This document shows, one piece after another, positions 35,760-45,625 of a stretch of 58,092 nt of DNA. The first letter of the stretch is position 1; each line of letters opens with the position of its first letter. The notes under the pieces were generated by a model that saw only the letters and a program-made list of their open reading frames with translations, had not been told where the DNA came from and searched no databases. The position numbers and the translations under genes are program-made. This DNA comes from a virus (Duplodnaviria; Caudoviricetes), in IMG/VR virus record IMGVR_UViG_3300042924_003258, positions 1 through 58,092 of that record; one strand, given 5' to 3'.

Positions 35760-36031
35760 GGGGTTGGGGGCGGCAACTTGCCGGTCGAAAGCATCTTCCA
35801 GCCGGTCGCGACCAACGCGAAGAATGCGGCGGTAACGGAGCCAACCAGCCACTTCACGGCGGATCGCTGGGTTTCCTGCAACTCTTTGACGTGTGCTTCC
35901 AGTGTTGGTACGCGATGGTTCAAGCCCTTCTCAGGCTCGCCGTTGCCGGTCAAGTGTTCCTTGACTTGGCGAACGTCGGTCTGAATCTGCTGCATGAGAA
36001 ACATCGCATCACGCAGAGTCGGCTCGTTCAC
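35756..36031 (-). CDS. coiled-coil protein with a C-terminal TM (lysis-associated?)
   Basis: LTGNG..GL..RV..LE followed by a hydrophobic helix. Confidence 0.6.
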   Translation of the reverse strand: MNEPTLRDAMFLMQQIQTDVRQVKEHLTGNGEPEKGLNHRVPTLEAHVKELQETQRSAVKWLVGSVTAAFFALVATGWKMLSTGKLPPPTP

Positions 36032-36297
36032 TGCACTACCTCATCCGGCTGAGCCGCGTTAGCGACAACTTCCTTGAGCATCTGCCCCGTGCGGATGCGC
36101 TTGGCCTTCTCGGTGTCGGACAGGCTCGCGTCAGCCTGCACGTAGCCCGCGTGTTCCTCAGTGAGAACATCCACGGCGGGCTTGATGTTGGTCGCCGAGA
36201 TGAGTCCCTGCGCGGAGCAGGCCCCCATCACAACCGGAATCAACACCACGCCCATCCAAAGGGCAAATGTCGCAGCGTTTTCGATCTTCTTCTTCAT
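36028..36297 (-). CDS. predicted lipoprotein (spanin-like?)
   Basis: Basic N-terminus, hydrophobic stretch, MGAC lipobox-like motif. Confidence 0.55.
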   Translation of the reverse strand: MKKKIENAATFALWMGVVLIPVVMGACSAQGLISATNIKPAVDVLTEEHAGYVQADASLSDTEKAKRIRTGQMLKEVVANAAQPDEVVQ

Positions 36298-36551
36298 GCC
36301 ATTGCTCCCACGGCCATGCTCACGCCAAGCCGCACAAGGCGACGAACGGCGTTGCGAGAACGGCGGTTCAGTTCGATACGGTGCTTCTCTGCCAGCAGCA
36401 TCAGTTGTGCGTCAAGGTGCTTGTCGCTGGCACCAGCCATACCAACCGCGTCTTCCATGATCGCCTCCGCGTATCGCTGGATGTCTTCGCTGGCACCAGT
36501 CAGGTAGTCGCCAATGGCGTCCTGTAAGTACCCCGCATACTTCTTGTTCAT
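36294..36551 (-). CDS. hypothetical protein
   Basis: Coupled ORF in the late operon. Confidence 0.6.
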   Translation of the reverse strand: MNKKYAGYLQDAIGDYLTGASEDIQRYAEAIMEDAVGMAGASDKHLDAQLMLLAEKHRIELNRRSRNAVRRLVRLGVSMAVGAMA

Positions 36552-36746
36552 GTCAGTCCTTGTGGTCGTGGCGACAGCGCGCGTAGTCGGTCAGGTCGTC
36601 GCCGAACTCTTCTCGCATGTCGCTGGGGCTATACACCCGCTTGGAAACGCACTTGACGCCGTGGTTGCCAGTGCCGGAACCGCCCGGATAGAGCGGCCCG
36701 CGATGCCCTTCGGGAATGCCCGTGGGCGTGATGGGGGTCGCCTTCT

Positions 36747-36962
36747 TCACTTGCCAGCCTCCGGGGGAGCCTTCTTCCACCACGCCTTCTTCTCGGCGTA
36801 GGACCACGCCAGCGAACCGCCCGACAGGACGATGGCCGCGAGGACCGCAACACCCTTGTCCAACTCACCTTCCACCGCCTGATACCCGACAGCAGCCGCA
36901 ATCCAGGCGAGGAACATGCGAACCGCACTCTGCACCAACCCGACAATGAGAGACTTGTCCAT
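36747..36962 (-). CDS. putative two-TM holin
   Basis: LVQSAVRMFLAWIAAAVG...LAWSYAEKK. Confidence 0.65.
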   Translation of the reverse strand: MDKSLIVGLVQSAVRMFLAWIAAAVGYQAVEGELDKGVAVLAAIVLSGGSLAWSYAEKKAWWKKAPPEAGK

Positions 36963-36970
36963 GAAAACTC

Positions 36971-37543
36971 CTATGAACCGCTCACGCCTTGCAGCGCGCT
37001 CAGTTGATTCAGCCCGGCGAACAGGCCCACGCCCGACGCGAACCCGCCAACACCAGCCTGCACCGCCGCCAGCACAGGGCTTTGCCACTGCGACCGGATG
37101 CGTGCGGCCTGTGCCTCAAACTGTGACCGCTCGGCCCGACGCTGATTGCGGGCGTTCTCTTCCACGACGTAGGTGTTCACGGCGTTGTCGCCGACCGCCT
37201 GTCGCCGGAAGTCCGACGCGCTGGCACCGCCAGCACCAGCAAACGCGACCGCCACCCGCCCGAGCGTCCGACGAAGGTTCTGGCGTTCCTTGAACAACTC
37301 CAACTGCTCGGCCTCATTGATCTGGCCAATGTTGACGCTTGACGCCAAGGCTAGGTTGTTTAGCGTGCCTTCAATCGCCCGGTTGTTCTCGAACGCCTGA
37401 ATACCCGCCAACGCAGCCGTGCCAAAAGCAAGGCCAGCGGCATTGGCAACCCCATAACCACCACCGCCGCTTGGCCCGCCGATTGCTGGGTTCGACCCGA
37501 TAGACGGGTCAAACTGTGGAATCGGAATGATGTTTGGATTCAT
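36971..37543 (-). CDS. internal virion protein (gp14-like)
   Basis: Gly/Ala hydrophobic ends with a central coiled region; follows the nozzle gene. Confidence 0.65.
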   Translation of the reverse strand: MNPNIIPIPQFDPSIGSNPAIGGPSGGGGYGVANAAGLAFGTAALAGIQAFENNRAIEGTLNNLALASSVNIGQINEAEQLELFKERQNLRRTLGRVAVAFAGAGGASASDFRRQAVGDNAVNTYVVEENARNQRRAERSQFEAQAARIRSQWQSPVLAAVQAGVGGFASGVGLFAGLNQLSALQGVSGS

Positions 37544-40506
37544 CGCAGCATCGGAGCCTGGTTGCCCACAAACTGAACGGTCGTGATGGTCACGGGTCGG
37601 CTGTTCTCGCTGGTGATGCGGAACGTCGTGTTCGACGTTGGCCCGCCGCCGTAGACGCGATAGACGCCTTCTTCTTCGAGTGGCGTTCCGCTAGGCGGGG
37701 TGAACGTGCGGGTCACGTCGCCCATCGCGGCAGCCCGCCGCGTGATCCAGTTGAAGCCACCGGATCGGCGATACAGCAGGTAAGCCGCCGTGACGTAAAA
37801 GCCGTGTGAAGGAATTGCAAGGTTCGTGTTCTCGCCACGCACGTAGTCGCGAGAGATGTCCACGAGCATTTCGTACTTGACGCCAGCACGCACAACGTCA
37901 CTAGACGGCGTGCCGACTGCGGCGGTGTGGTCGCCCGTGGCGCGGATCGTGGTGTTTGACGGGCGGGTGGTGGTCAACTCGGTGCCGTCGTTCTTCACGA
38001 TGCAGTCGTAGTCACCATCGGTCATCGTCACGCCGTACGGGTCTTTGAGCGTCCAAGTGGTGTGGTTGCCACCACCGTCGTAGACGCCATCGACGGACGT
38101 ATCAATGCTGATCGACCGATCCAGCCTGCGCGGGAAGTCGCCTGAGTCGTAGATGGTTGACTTGCCAAGGCTGGTAATGTCAGGCTCGAACCGCAGGTAC
38201 TCCTGCGTGTAGCCGCCAAGCGCGTTCTCGCAGACGATGTGAAGGCCGCTGGTGAGCAGGGCCATGTCCACAACTTCGCTCTTGAACACGTACTTGGTCC
38301 ACGCCGCCTGCTGCAATTGGTTGTTCGGCGAGCGGGTGTACCGCCACACGAAGATCGTCTTCTTTTCCTGCTCGTTCAGCACGGCCAGCAAGTTCTGCGA
38401 CGGGACCGTGGCCATGCGCCGGATGTTGTCCTCGAAGAACAGGGGCACCTGCTCGGTCACGTTGTACGGGGTGTTGAACCCGCGCCCGTCGTCGTAGGCG
38501 TACTCAAGGATGCCGCTGGCAATGCGGGTTGAGCCATTCGTGGGGCTGTGCTGGCGAACCGGCACGTACAGCCGCGAGTCCATGCCCACCGGATCGACGT
38601 TGAGCAATTCGTTGTTGAAGGCTTCCTCGATCTGCACGGAAGATGGGGTCCACGCTCCATCGGCAAATGCCTCGAACGCGCGAGCGGCGTTGGTCGTGAT
38701 AAACAATGCGCTTCGGATCGGCTCAATCGCCCAGATTGTCGCCACCGACCGGCCCGGAATTGCCTTCTCGATGCGGTCGCTGTCGGCAACAACTGTGTCA
38801 TCTACAAGGTAGAAGTTGTAGTAGTTGCCCGCTTCGCTCTGCACCATGTATTCGCCCGCGCCGAACGTCAGCCGCCCCTCATGGACGTTGATTGCGGTGA
38901 TGGCACGGGCCAGTTGGAACGCTTCGGGAGCCTTGTTGGTCACTTCGTCGCCAGCGTCGCGAACGGTCCACGCCACTTGAGCAATCGAGAACGCTGCCGG
39001 AGTGGTCCCGTTGCCCGTGTACGAAGTGCGGGTCATCAGCACGGGCATCTTCGCCGGGTCGGGCTGGTACTCAGGCTGCGACGGGGCGGGTTTGCGGGTC
39101 CAGCGGGAAGTGATCGGGATGCGAGCGGTGGTGGCACCCGTGCCCGCCGCAACCACAATGTTTGATGCGCTACCGCCAGAGAAAGGTCGGCTAGTGTCGG
39201 TTGGTAGCGACAGGTTCTTGTCCGTTGCGGTGTCAACCAGCGTTGAATACATCGTGACGGTCGCAGCAGACCCCTTCCACGGCGAAGTCACGCGGAACGA
39301 GCCGTAGCCGCTGCTGTTGGGAATCCACCCAACGAACGCATCGGTTTCGCCAAGGTCACGGAACGCCTGCGTCCATTCGGACGCCACGTCGTCCATGTCC
39401 TCGATGTCGCCGCTAGCAATGAGCGACGCGAACGAACGCTCAAGTTCGTACTCGCGGCCAATGCTGTTGAACGCAACGTCGGCGGTCGCAGCCAAGGCGC
39501 AACTGCGTCCGGGCGTGTAGGTCGGTCCAGACGCGGCGTCTGTCACAGTGATTTGGTCGTTGCTGTCCTTGGAAACAATCGTGACCATGCCAACCGACGC
39601 CGACGCGCCGTAGGTAACGCCAGTGCCAGCGGTGATGCGGAGTTGGTCGCCAGCCTCAAAGGTGTAGCCAGAGAACGCGCCGGTCTTGGTCAGCGTCCAT
39701 GTGTCGCCCGTCACGTTCGCAGCGGTTACGCCGGTTTGCGAGTTGGCCTGCCGCTGGAACCACACACGGAACCGCTTGGGGTCTTTACCCGCGTCGTCCC
39801 AGTCCCCGCCTCGCAACTTCGCCCAGCCTGTCCAAGTCGGGGGGGTGTTGGTGTAGGTTGCAAACGCATCCCCGCTCGGGATGTCGTACTGCCAGTACCC
39901 GGCGTCAAGGTCGGTGCCGTCTTCCAACGCGCGGTGATACGTCCCGTCAGCCGGGCCACTCGCCACCATCACGTCAGCGTTCTTGTACGTCCGCTCAAGC
40001 GTGTACGCAGGGCTAGTCAGAAGCCCGGTCGCAACCTTCGTGTTGACGATGAACGTGCCGTCTGCGACGGTCAAGAATCGCAGGTCGGCGGGAGTCGCAC
40101 CACCAGATGAAAGATACGTTTCTACGCCCGTGCCGTACGTCACAAGAGCGGGTGGTCCACCCTCTTCGAGCGGCCACACCCGCATCTGCGGTCCTTGATC
40201 CAATCCGTAGAACACAAGGTACTGTTCTGTCGCACTTCGACGAATCGGGTGCAGGCGGTAATCGCCGCCAGCGTTCAACAACGCGCCCGTCATGTCGCCG
40301 CTGAACCTGAGAAGCCCGGTGATTCTGCGGGTCAGCACCGTGCCCGAACGCTTGCGGCACCCGTCGAACGTGTCGAAGTCCGCGTTCTTTGCGTCCTCGA
40401 CCGTGCCGGGGAATCGAATCGCTGCCGGTTGCTGGGAGATGCCACCGGAAAGCGTTGGCCGCGCGACAATCGCGGATGCTCTCGTCGCCAGATCGAATTG
40501 CGTCAT
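37540..40506 (-). CDS. tail tubular protein B / nozzle (T7 gp12-like)
   Basis: LSGGISQQP..IR, GCRKRSG, TVADGTFIVN, HEGRL, QAAWTKY. Confidence 0.88.
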   Translation of the reverse strand: MTQFDLATRASAIVARPTLSGGISQQPAAIRFPGTVEDAKNADFDTFDGCRKRSGTVLTRRITGLLRFSGDMTGALLNAGGDYRLHPIRRSATEQYLVFYGLDQGPQMRVWPLEEGGPPALVTYGTGVETYLSSGGATPADLRFLTVADGTFIVNTKVATGLLTSPAYTLERTYKNADVMVASGPADGTYHRALEDGTDLDAGYWQYDIPSGDAFATYTNTPPTWTGWAKLRGGDWDDAGKDPKRFRVWFQRQANSQTGVTAANVTGDTWTLTKTGAFSGYTFEAGDQLRITAGTGVTYGASASVGMVTIVSKDSNDQITVTDAASGPTYTPGRSCALAATADVAFNSIGREYELERSFASLIASGDIEDMDDVASEWTQAFRDLGETDAFVGWIPNSSGYGSFRVTSPWKGSAATVTMYSTLVDTATDKNLSLPTDTSRPFSGGSASNIVVAAGTGATTARIPITSRWTRKPAPSQPEYQPDPAKMPVLMTRTSYTGNGTTPAAFSIAQVAWTVRDAGDEVTNKAPEAFQLARAITAINVHEGRLTFGAGEYMVQSEAGNYYNFYLVDDTVVADSDRIEKAIPGRSVATIWAIEPIRSALFITTNAARAFEAFADGAWTPSSVQIEEAFNNELLNVDPVGMDSRLYVPVRQHSPTNGSTRIASGILEYAYDDGRGFNTPYNVTEQVPLFFEDNIRRMATVPSQNLLAVLNEQEKKTIFVWRYTRSPNNQLQQAAWTKYVFKSEVVDMALLTSGLHIVCENALGGYTQEYLRFEPDITSLGKSTIYDSGDFPRRLDRSISIDTSVDGVYDGGGNHTTWTLKDPYGVTMTDGDYDCIVKNDGTELTTTRPSNTTIRATGDHTAAVGTPSSDVVRAGVKYEMLVDISRDYVRGENTNLAIPSHGFYVTAAYLLYRRSGGFNWITRRAAAMGDVTRTFTPPSGTPLEEEGVYRVYGGGPTSNTTFRITSENSRPVTITTVQFVGNQAPMLR

Positions 40507-41105
40507 TGCAGATTAGGCTGGGACGGAATCAGCGGTTGGTTCTGCGGGGCGGGAGGCGACATCGGAGAACGCTTGGCCGACAATTCGTTGACCGCACGAA
40601 CCTGCTGGTACGCGGCGTCAACGCGGGTGTCGCGGCTGGTCACGCTCTGGAACTCAATCAGTGCGTTGTTCATGCACAGCGATTGCAGGTTGGGGTCGCG
40701 GATGTTGTTCACTTCCTCGTCCTCAACCACGGCAAACTGATACGTCCCGTCTGGGAACGTGGTGGTGCTGCCCTCGGCGTTGTAGATCAGAGCCGTGCCG
40801 TTCTGCAAGTACCAGTTGCGCCGTTCGTCGCGCCCGATAGGACGGGCGAAGATGGCGTTGGTTGGGGCGGTGATGGTGTTGGGGGCACCAGAAACGGTGA
40901 CGGCAAACACTCGGCTCGTCTGCCGCCATTCGCGGGCGAGCGTGTCGCGTGTCGCCATGTCAAGGTAGTTCTCGGCCTGCCCCGCGTCGGACGTGCCGTA
41001 GGTCTTGCTGGGCCACGATCCGCTTGAATCAAGAGCCGACACAGGCAGGTGCCCGCACGCGCGCAGCATCTTGTTCACCAGTTGGAGTTTGGTGTGAAAC
41101 GCCAT
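40503..41105 (-). CDS. tail adaptor (gp11-like), paralog 2
   Basis: TKLQLVNKMLRACGHLPVSAL...AENYLD....LAREW. Confidence 0.7.
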   Translation of the reverse strand: MAFHTKLQLVNKMLRACGHLPVSALDSSGSWPSKTYGTSDAGQAENYLDMATRDTLAREWRQTSRVFAVTVSGAPNTITAPTNAIFARPIGRDERRNWYLQNGTALIYNAEGSTTTFPDGTYQFAVVEDEEVNNIRDPNLQSLCMNNALIEFQSVTSRDTRVDAAYQQVRAVNELSAKRSPMSPPAPQNQPLIPSQPNLQ

Positions 41106-41554
41106 TAGACAGTCTCCACAAAGATTTCAAGGCACCACGCGATTGCGTTGGTCGAACCGGATGGCCACGTAATCGCGAACGTCACGGCCTGCCCGTTGGT
41201 CAGGACGAGGCCAAGCGTGTTGCCATAGGGCGAGTTGCTGTTGAAGTAGGGCGTTGCCAGCGTCGTCGGAGAACCCGGCGCGTCGCAGCCCGTGCCGTAC
41301 ACGGTGAAACCGGCTGCGGTCGTCGGTTCAAGTTGCCCGAGCGTTGCCGCCGTTCCCAACGTCGCGGGCGTGGTGCCGCGCTGAATCGTGATCGTGCCCT
41401 TCTTGTCGTCGGGCTTTGCGTTGTCGGTCGTAAGGCTGTAACTACCGACCGAGATAACAGTCTGTGCATCGTCACACACCACGGCAACGCGCTGCGTACC
41501 GCCACTGCTTAGGATTGATCCCGAAAGCGGGACTCGAATCATTCTTCGTGCCAT
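41105..41554 (-). CDS. putative virion protein
   Basis: Thr-rich beta protein; AAGGAG RBS. Confidence 0.6.
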   Translation of the reverse strand: MARRMIRVPLSGSILSSGGTQRVAVVCDDAQTVISVGSYSLTTDNAKPDDKKGTITIQRGTTPATLGTAATLGQLEPTTAAGFTVYGTGCDAPGSPTTLATPYFNSNSPYGNTLGLVLTNGQAVTFAITWPSGSTNAIAWCLEIFVETV

Positions 41555-41563
41555 GATTGCTCC

Positions 41564-42856
41564 TTACCACGGCAGAGTGATAATGCCACCGCTGCCCATG
41601 TTGTTTCCGCCTGTGACGCCGCTAGAGGACGACGTGTCGTCCCCCGGAGGGCCTTGGTTGTTGCCGCCGCCAACACCGCCGCCGGGCGGGTCTTCTGTGT
41701 CGTCCAGTGGTGGACCGCCCTCATTGGGGCCTTCTGGCTTTTCCGTGATGTCGCCCGGTGGTGGACCGCCGACGTTCGGGCCGCTACTTCCACCGCCGCC
41801 TCCGCTGCCGTCAGTCCTTCGATACACAACCTGAGAGACATCGAGCGTGGCAAAAGTCCCAGACGGCGCGCTCCAATCTGGCACCGTGCCGGGGATGAGG
41901 AACACGCTTGACTCTTCGTCTTCGCAGCACTCCTGCGAATCGGGGTCGTACGTGTCAATGGTGATTGGATGAACCTCGGCACACTCAACAGCCGGGTTCT
42001 CTTGGGCCGCAATGCCCGCGTAGTAGTCGCACAGGAAGTCGAACGTGTCGGGCCGCGTCAACTCGAAGCCCGTGTAGGGCGAGATGACAAAGCCACGGTC
42101 GATGAGTTCTTGGGCCTCGGCAATCGTGAAGTCAGAGTCGCCGAATCGCGGGCAAACGTGTAGTTCGGTTCCCTGTGACGCCGTGATGTTGTTGGGCTTG
42201 TAGAAGGTCTTGTAGTTGGGCCACACCACCATGTAGGGCCGCTCGAACGGTTCGGGATAGCGAACCAGCAGGCCCGAAGGCGGTGCCGCAAACGACACGG
42301 GCCACAACTCCCCGCCCGTCTTCCAACCCGCGTCTTCAAGTGCCGCAAGGATCGGCTTGCGTGCAACCCCGTCTGCGGCGGTCGCCTCGCTTGCGTCGAT
42401 CCAGGTGAACGTGAATCCGAGTTCCTTGAGCGGGGCAATCGCGTTCACGAAGAACGCCGGGCTTGGCACAACATCCGCCGTGGTGTCAATCGAAGACTGA
42501 TCCTCGGGCAGCGTGTTGTGCATGATGCCCTGATAGATTGCATACTCGCGTCCTTCGGTCTTGAAGTCTGCGAAGTTATTGGCAAACCAGTTGGCAATCT
42601 GCGGGTAGTGATTGGTCCAGACGTACCACGTTGCAGCCGGGGCGTTCTCGCCAACCTTGAATCCAACGGGGTAGTTGACGCAAATGGTCGTCGCGCTCAG
42701 CCGCGTGGCCAACGCTTCCACGGCGGGCCACGCCGCCTCTGGCGTTGGCAGCACGTCGCCGCGAAGCCCGCCAGGATTCGTTGTCGAGTAGTTGTCGCCG
42801 CTGCCCCACTGCCAATGCAGATGCGGGCGACGGCGCGGCTTGAACGGGGCGGGCAT
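41564..42856 (-). CDS. hypothetical protein with a globular N-domain and a Pro/Gly/Asp-rich tail
   Basis: 430-aa coupled ORF in the tail cluster. Confidence 0.65.
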   Translation of the reverse strand: MPAPFKPRRRPHLHWQWGSGDNYSTTNPGGLRGDVLPTPEAAWPAVEALATRLSATTICVNYPVGFKVGENAPAATWYVWTNHYPQIANWFANNFADFKTEGREYAIYQGIMHNTLPEDQSSIDTTADVVPSPAFFVNAIAPLKELGFTFTWIDASEATAADGVARKPILAALEDAGWKTGGELWPVSFAAPPSGLLVRYPEPFERPYMVVWPNYKTFYKPNNITASQGTELHVCPRFGDSDFTIAEAQELIDRGFVISPYTGFELTRPDTFDFLCDYYAGIAAQENPAVECAEVHPITIDTYDPDSQECCEDEESSVFLIPGTVPDWSAPSGTFATLDVSQVVYRRTDGSGGGGGSSGPNVGGPPPGDITEKPEGPNEGGPPLDDTEDPPGGGVGGGNNQGPPGDDTSSSSGVTGGNNMGSGGIITLPW

Positions 42857-43497
42857 TAGCGTCGCTCCGCGTCGTATCCGTTCCAGAACAGGCTTGTGGC
42901 GTTGTCGTGTGCCCCGACGATGTACCAGCCTTCGGGAGCAAGGGCGTTGCTGTTTGCCAGCGTGTCAACCGGCTTGCTCTGCATGTCGCGAACCTGCGCC
43001 TCTGCCATCGAACGCTTGGCCTGCGCGTCGAGTTTGCCGTACATGCCAGCCAGTTCCGGCGAGGTTGAGGACCGCTGGGCCGCAAACTCCGCAGCCGCGA
43101 TGTCCACCACGGCGCGGCGAACGTGCATCGGCAAGCACTCGGGCTTGTAGAGCAGGCTCACGCGGACGCGCGTGGTGTTGGTGAACACATCGGTCTGGTT
43201 CTGGCGGTCGTACAGGAACTCGCCAACCTGCACCAGTTCAAGGTGCCCGCTGGTGTTGTCGCTTTCGATGAACAGAGTGCCAGCGGGAACCGCGAGCTTG
43301 CCGTTCACGTCGGGCGTGATTTCCTGATTGAGCCGATCCGAGAACGCCCAGCGATGGGCCTGCTGGACTTCGCGGGAGACTTGATCCAGAATCTCCTCGG
43401 CAGTACCCAGTTCCGAGCGGGTGCCCGTGTCGAGGCCGGGCGACGGATTCCGACCGCACTTGGTCAGGATCAATCGCACCATCTGTTGTCTGTTCAT
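42856..43497 (-). CDS. tail tubular protein A / adaptor (gp11-like)
   Basis: AEEILDQVSREVQ...WAF, LYDRQNQTDVF, LPMHVRRAV...AA..F. Confidence 0.8.
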   Translation of the reverse strand: MNRQQMVRLILTKCGRNPSPGLDTGTRSELGTAEEILDQVSREVQQAHRWAFSDRLNQEITPDVNGKLAVPAGTLFIESDNTSGHLELVQVGEFLYDRQNQTDVFTNTTRVRVSLLYKPECLPMHVRRAVVDIAAAEFAAQRSSTSPELAGMYGKLDAQAKRSMAEAQVRDMQSKPVDTLANSNALAPEGWYIVGAHDNATSLFWNGYDAERR

Positions 43498-43500
43498 GGT

Positions 43501-43536
43501 AAAACCACCCCGGACGCTTTCGCATCGACGGGGTGG
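43501..43536 (-). terminator. terminator after the head genes (T-phi-like position)
   Basis: CCACCCCG..GATGC-GAAA-GCGTC-CGGGGTGG followed by TTTT. Confidence 0.6.
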
Positions 43537-43553
43537 GGGTGAGGGAGGGCTAT

Positions 43554-44201
43554 TTAGTTGTTGGTGCTGTTGTTGAGGCCGATGGAATCGACGACGAGGA
43601 CGAGTTCGCCATTGATGGTCAGAACACAGTCCGCGTCAATGTCCGTGTCGGTCTGAACGCCGATGTTGAAGAACAACTTGGGGGTTGCGCTGTTGACGAA
43701 CAAGACCGAAGACATGCCGCCAGTTGCATAGGCAATCTGGTTGGTAGTGTCCCAGCCCGCAGCCCCGCCTGTTTCCGCGTTCGCCAACTGCGTTGCGGGG
43801 ATGACGTTCTGCATTGTGGTCGCCAGCGTGCTTGCGGAAGCAGTTGCCGTGCCAACGCCAAATCGCACCGAAGTGGCCGCGTTGTTGATGTTTGCGTCTG
43901 CCCCGTCCTTCGCAAGAGACAGCGTGCAGGCGGCGTGGTTGATCTTTGTAAAGGTGCGAAGACTTGCGTTGAACGTGCCGAGTTCAAGGCCCGCGTAGGC
44001 CAATGCGTTCGTCACGGTCAACTTGACGTTGTTGAAGCGAATACGAATCTGCGTGGTGGGCGAGTAGGGGTCGCTGCAACGAACCGAGAACCGACCATTG
44101 GCCGGGTCCGAAGGCTGCGTTGCCGTCCACATCGCCGCAATGTCCTCGTTGGGGTTGCAAATAACCCCACGAGATGCGTCTTGATAATTGGCGTTTGCCA
44201 T
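43554..44201 (-). CDS. putative capsid decoration protein
   Basis: Beta-rich protein between the capsid gene and the terminator; GGAG RBS. Confidence 0.6.
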   Translation of the reverse strand: MANANYQDASRGVICNPNEDIAAMWTATQPSDPANGRFSVRCSDPYSPTTQIRIRFNNVKLTVTNALAYAGLELGTFNASLRTFTKINHAACTLSLAKDGADANINNAATSVRFGVGTATASASTLATTMQNVIPATQLANAETGGAAGWDTTNQIAYATGGMSSVLFVNSATPKLFFNIGVQTDTDIDADCVLTINGELVLVVDSIGLNNSTNN

Positions 44202-44255
44202 TGGGTGTTTTCTCCAAAGCGGCGGGGGCCGAAGCCCCCAGCCGCGTCAAATTCA

Positions 44256-45419
44256 TTACACTGCTGCGCGAGTCGAGGTCGTTTGGGTGTTGATTTCGAT
44301 GGCGAACGCGCACTCGGGGTTGAGCGGCGCGATCGTCCACTGGCCGACGAGCGCGAAAGTCTCGGACAGGCCGAGTTCGTGCTTGTCGTACACGGCCATC
44401 ATCGGCTTCTCTTCGGTGACGTGAATTGCACCCTTGCCGCCGTTGGTCGCGACCATGCCGAGCAGAACCGGGAAGCCGGTAGAGCCGGTCGGGTTGAAGT
44501 TCCCGCGAAGCGCGCTGGGGCCGTCGATGACGTTGGAGGCGGGAAGAACACCCGCGCCGTAGTTACCGTTGGACGGCAGCGTGCTTTCGTCGCCGGTGTA
44601 GCGGTTGACCGTCGCGAGGATGGTCAGGTCGAACGCGGGCAGGTAGACCGCCTTGCGTTGCAGGTTGCCATTGCTCAGGATGATGTTGTCGGTCGTGAAG
44701 GCGCGTTCGTTGCCGTACGCCTGCAAGCCCGCCATGAACTCTGAGTCGGCAATGGCAAGACGCTGGCCGGGTCCATTCGGAGCGTTCTTCTGGTCCAAGG
44801 TCAGACGCAGAAGTTCCAAGCACCGGAAGGTGTTTTCACGGGACGTAGAGCCGCCAATACCAATCGCCGCGCTGACGCAAGCGTTCAGAGAGCCGGGGTT
44901 GCCACCGCCTTGCGAGATGATCGTACCCTGATTGTGCGCCCACAGAGGAACGCCGCTCACGGTGATGGTCTTGGACGCGGCACGAGCAGCCAGAGCCAAC
45001 GCGCGAACCACGCGACGGCTCTTGAGGATGCCCATGTTGTAGCGGTGCTGGCGACCCACGTTGGCCATCGTCTGAGCAGCCCACTCCACGCGACGAGAAT
45101 CAGACTCGTGCAGCGTGTGCGCCTGATAGAGCAGGTCGTCGGCTTCGCGCGTGATGGTCTTGTAGAACTGACCGGACACCTGCCCGTTCATCACGTCGCC
45201 CTTGGCGAGCGTCAGCGGGGCGGGCGTTCCAGCGTCGAAGCGGTGGCGGTACGAGCCGCCCGGCTCGGCGGGAATGTTGGTGATACCAGCAATGTTGGTG
45301 TTGTCAAACACCGGCTCGGCCTGCATGGGCAGGTTGGTACCCTGCACATACATTTCGAGCAGCATCGAACGATCATCCGTAGAGCCGTCGTTGGCCCCAG
45401 GATTGATGAAAACTGCCAT
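44256..45419 (-). CDS. major capsid protein (probable)
   Basis: Position after portal and scaffold; LDQKNAP..QR pattern; C-terminal LNPECAFAI resembling T7-like capsids. Confidence 0.8.
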   Translation of the reverse strand: MAVFINPGANDGSTDDRSMLLEMYVQGTNLPMQAEPVFDNTNIAGITNIPAEPGGSYRHRFDAGTPAPLTLAKGDVMNGQVSGQFYKTITREADDLLYQAHTLHESDSRRVEWAAQTMANVGRQHRYNMGILKSRRVVRALALAARAASKTITVSGVPLWAHNQGTIISQGGGNPGSLNACVSAAIGIGGSTSRENTFRCLELLRLTLDQKNAPNGPGQRLAIADSEFMAGLQAYGNERAFTTDNIILSNGNLQRKAVYLPAFDLTILATVNRYTGDESTLPSNGNYGAGVLPASNVIDGPSALRGNFNPTGSTGFPVLLGMVATNGGKGAIHVTEEKPMMAVYDKHELGLSETFALVGQWTIAPLNPECAFAIEINTQTTSTRAAV

Positions 45420-45593
45420 GTGTTGATTCCTTCTGAATCAGTGCAAGCGACACCCCGCCTGTGCCGAGGTGTCGCTACATGGCGCGTCCGTCAACCGGGT
45501 CGGCATGGCCGAGTGTCCGGTTCGTGGCGTGCTACTTTGCGGCTCGTGGGATCGCGTTCGCGTGCGTGGTACACCCACGCCTGCGACTGCACA

Positions 45594-45620
45594 AAACAAC
45601 AAGGGGCGGTTTCCCGCCCC
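45594..45620 (-). terminator. Rho-independent terminator
   Basis: GGGGCGG-GAAA-CCGCCCC followed by TTGTTGTTTT. Confidence 0.7.
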
Positions 45621-45625
45621 TCGCT

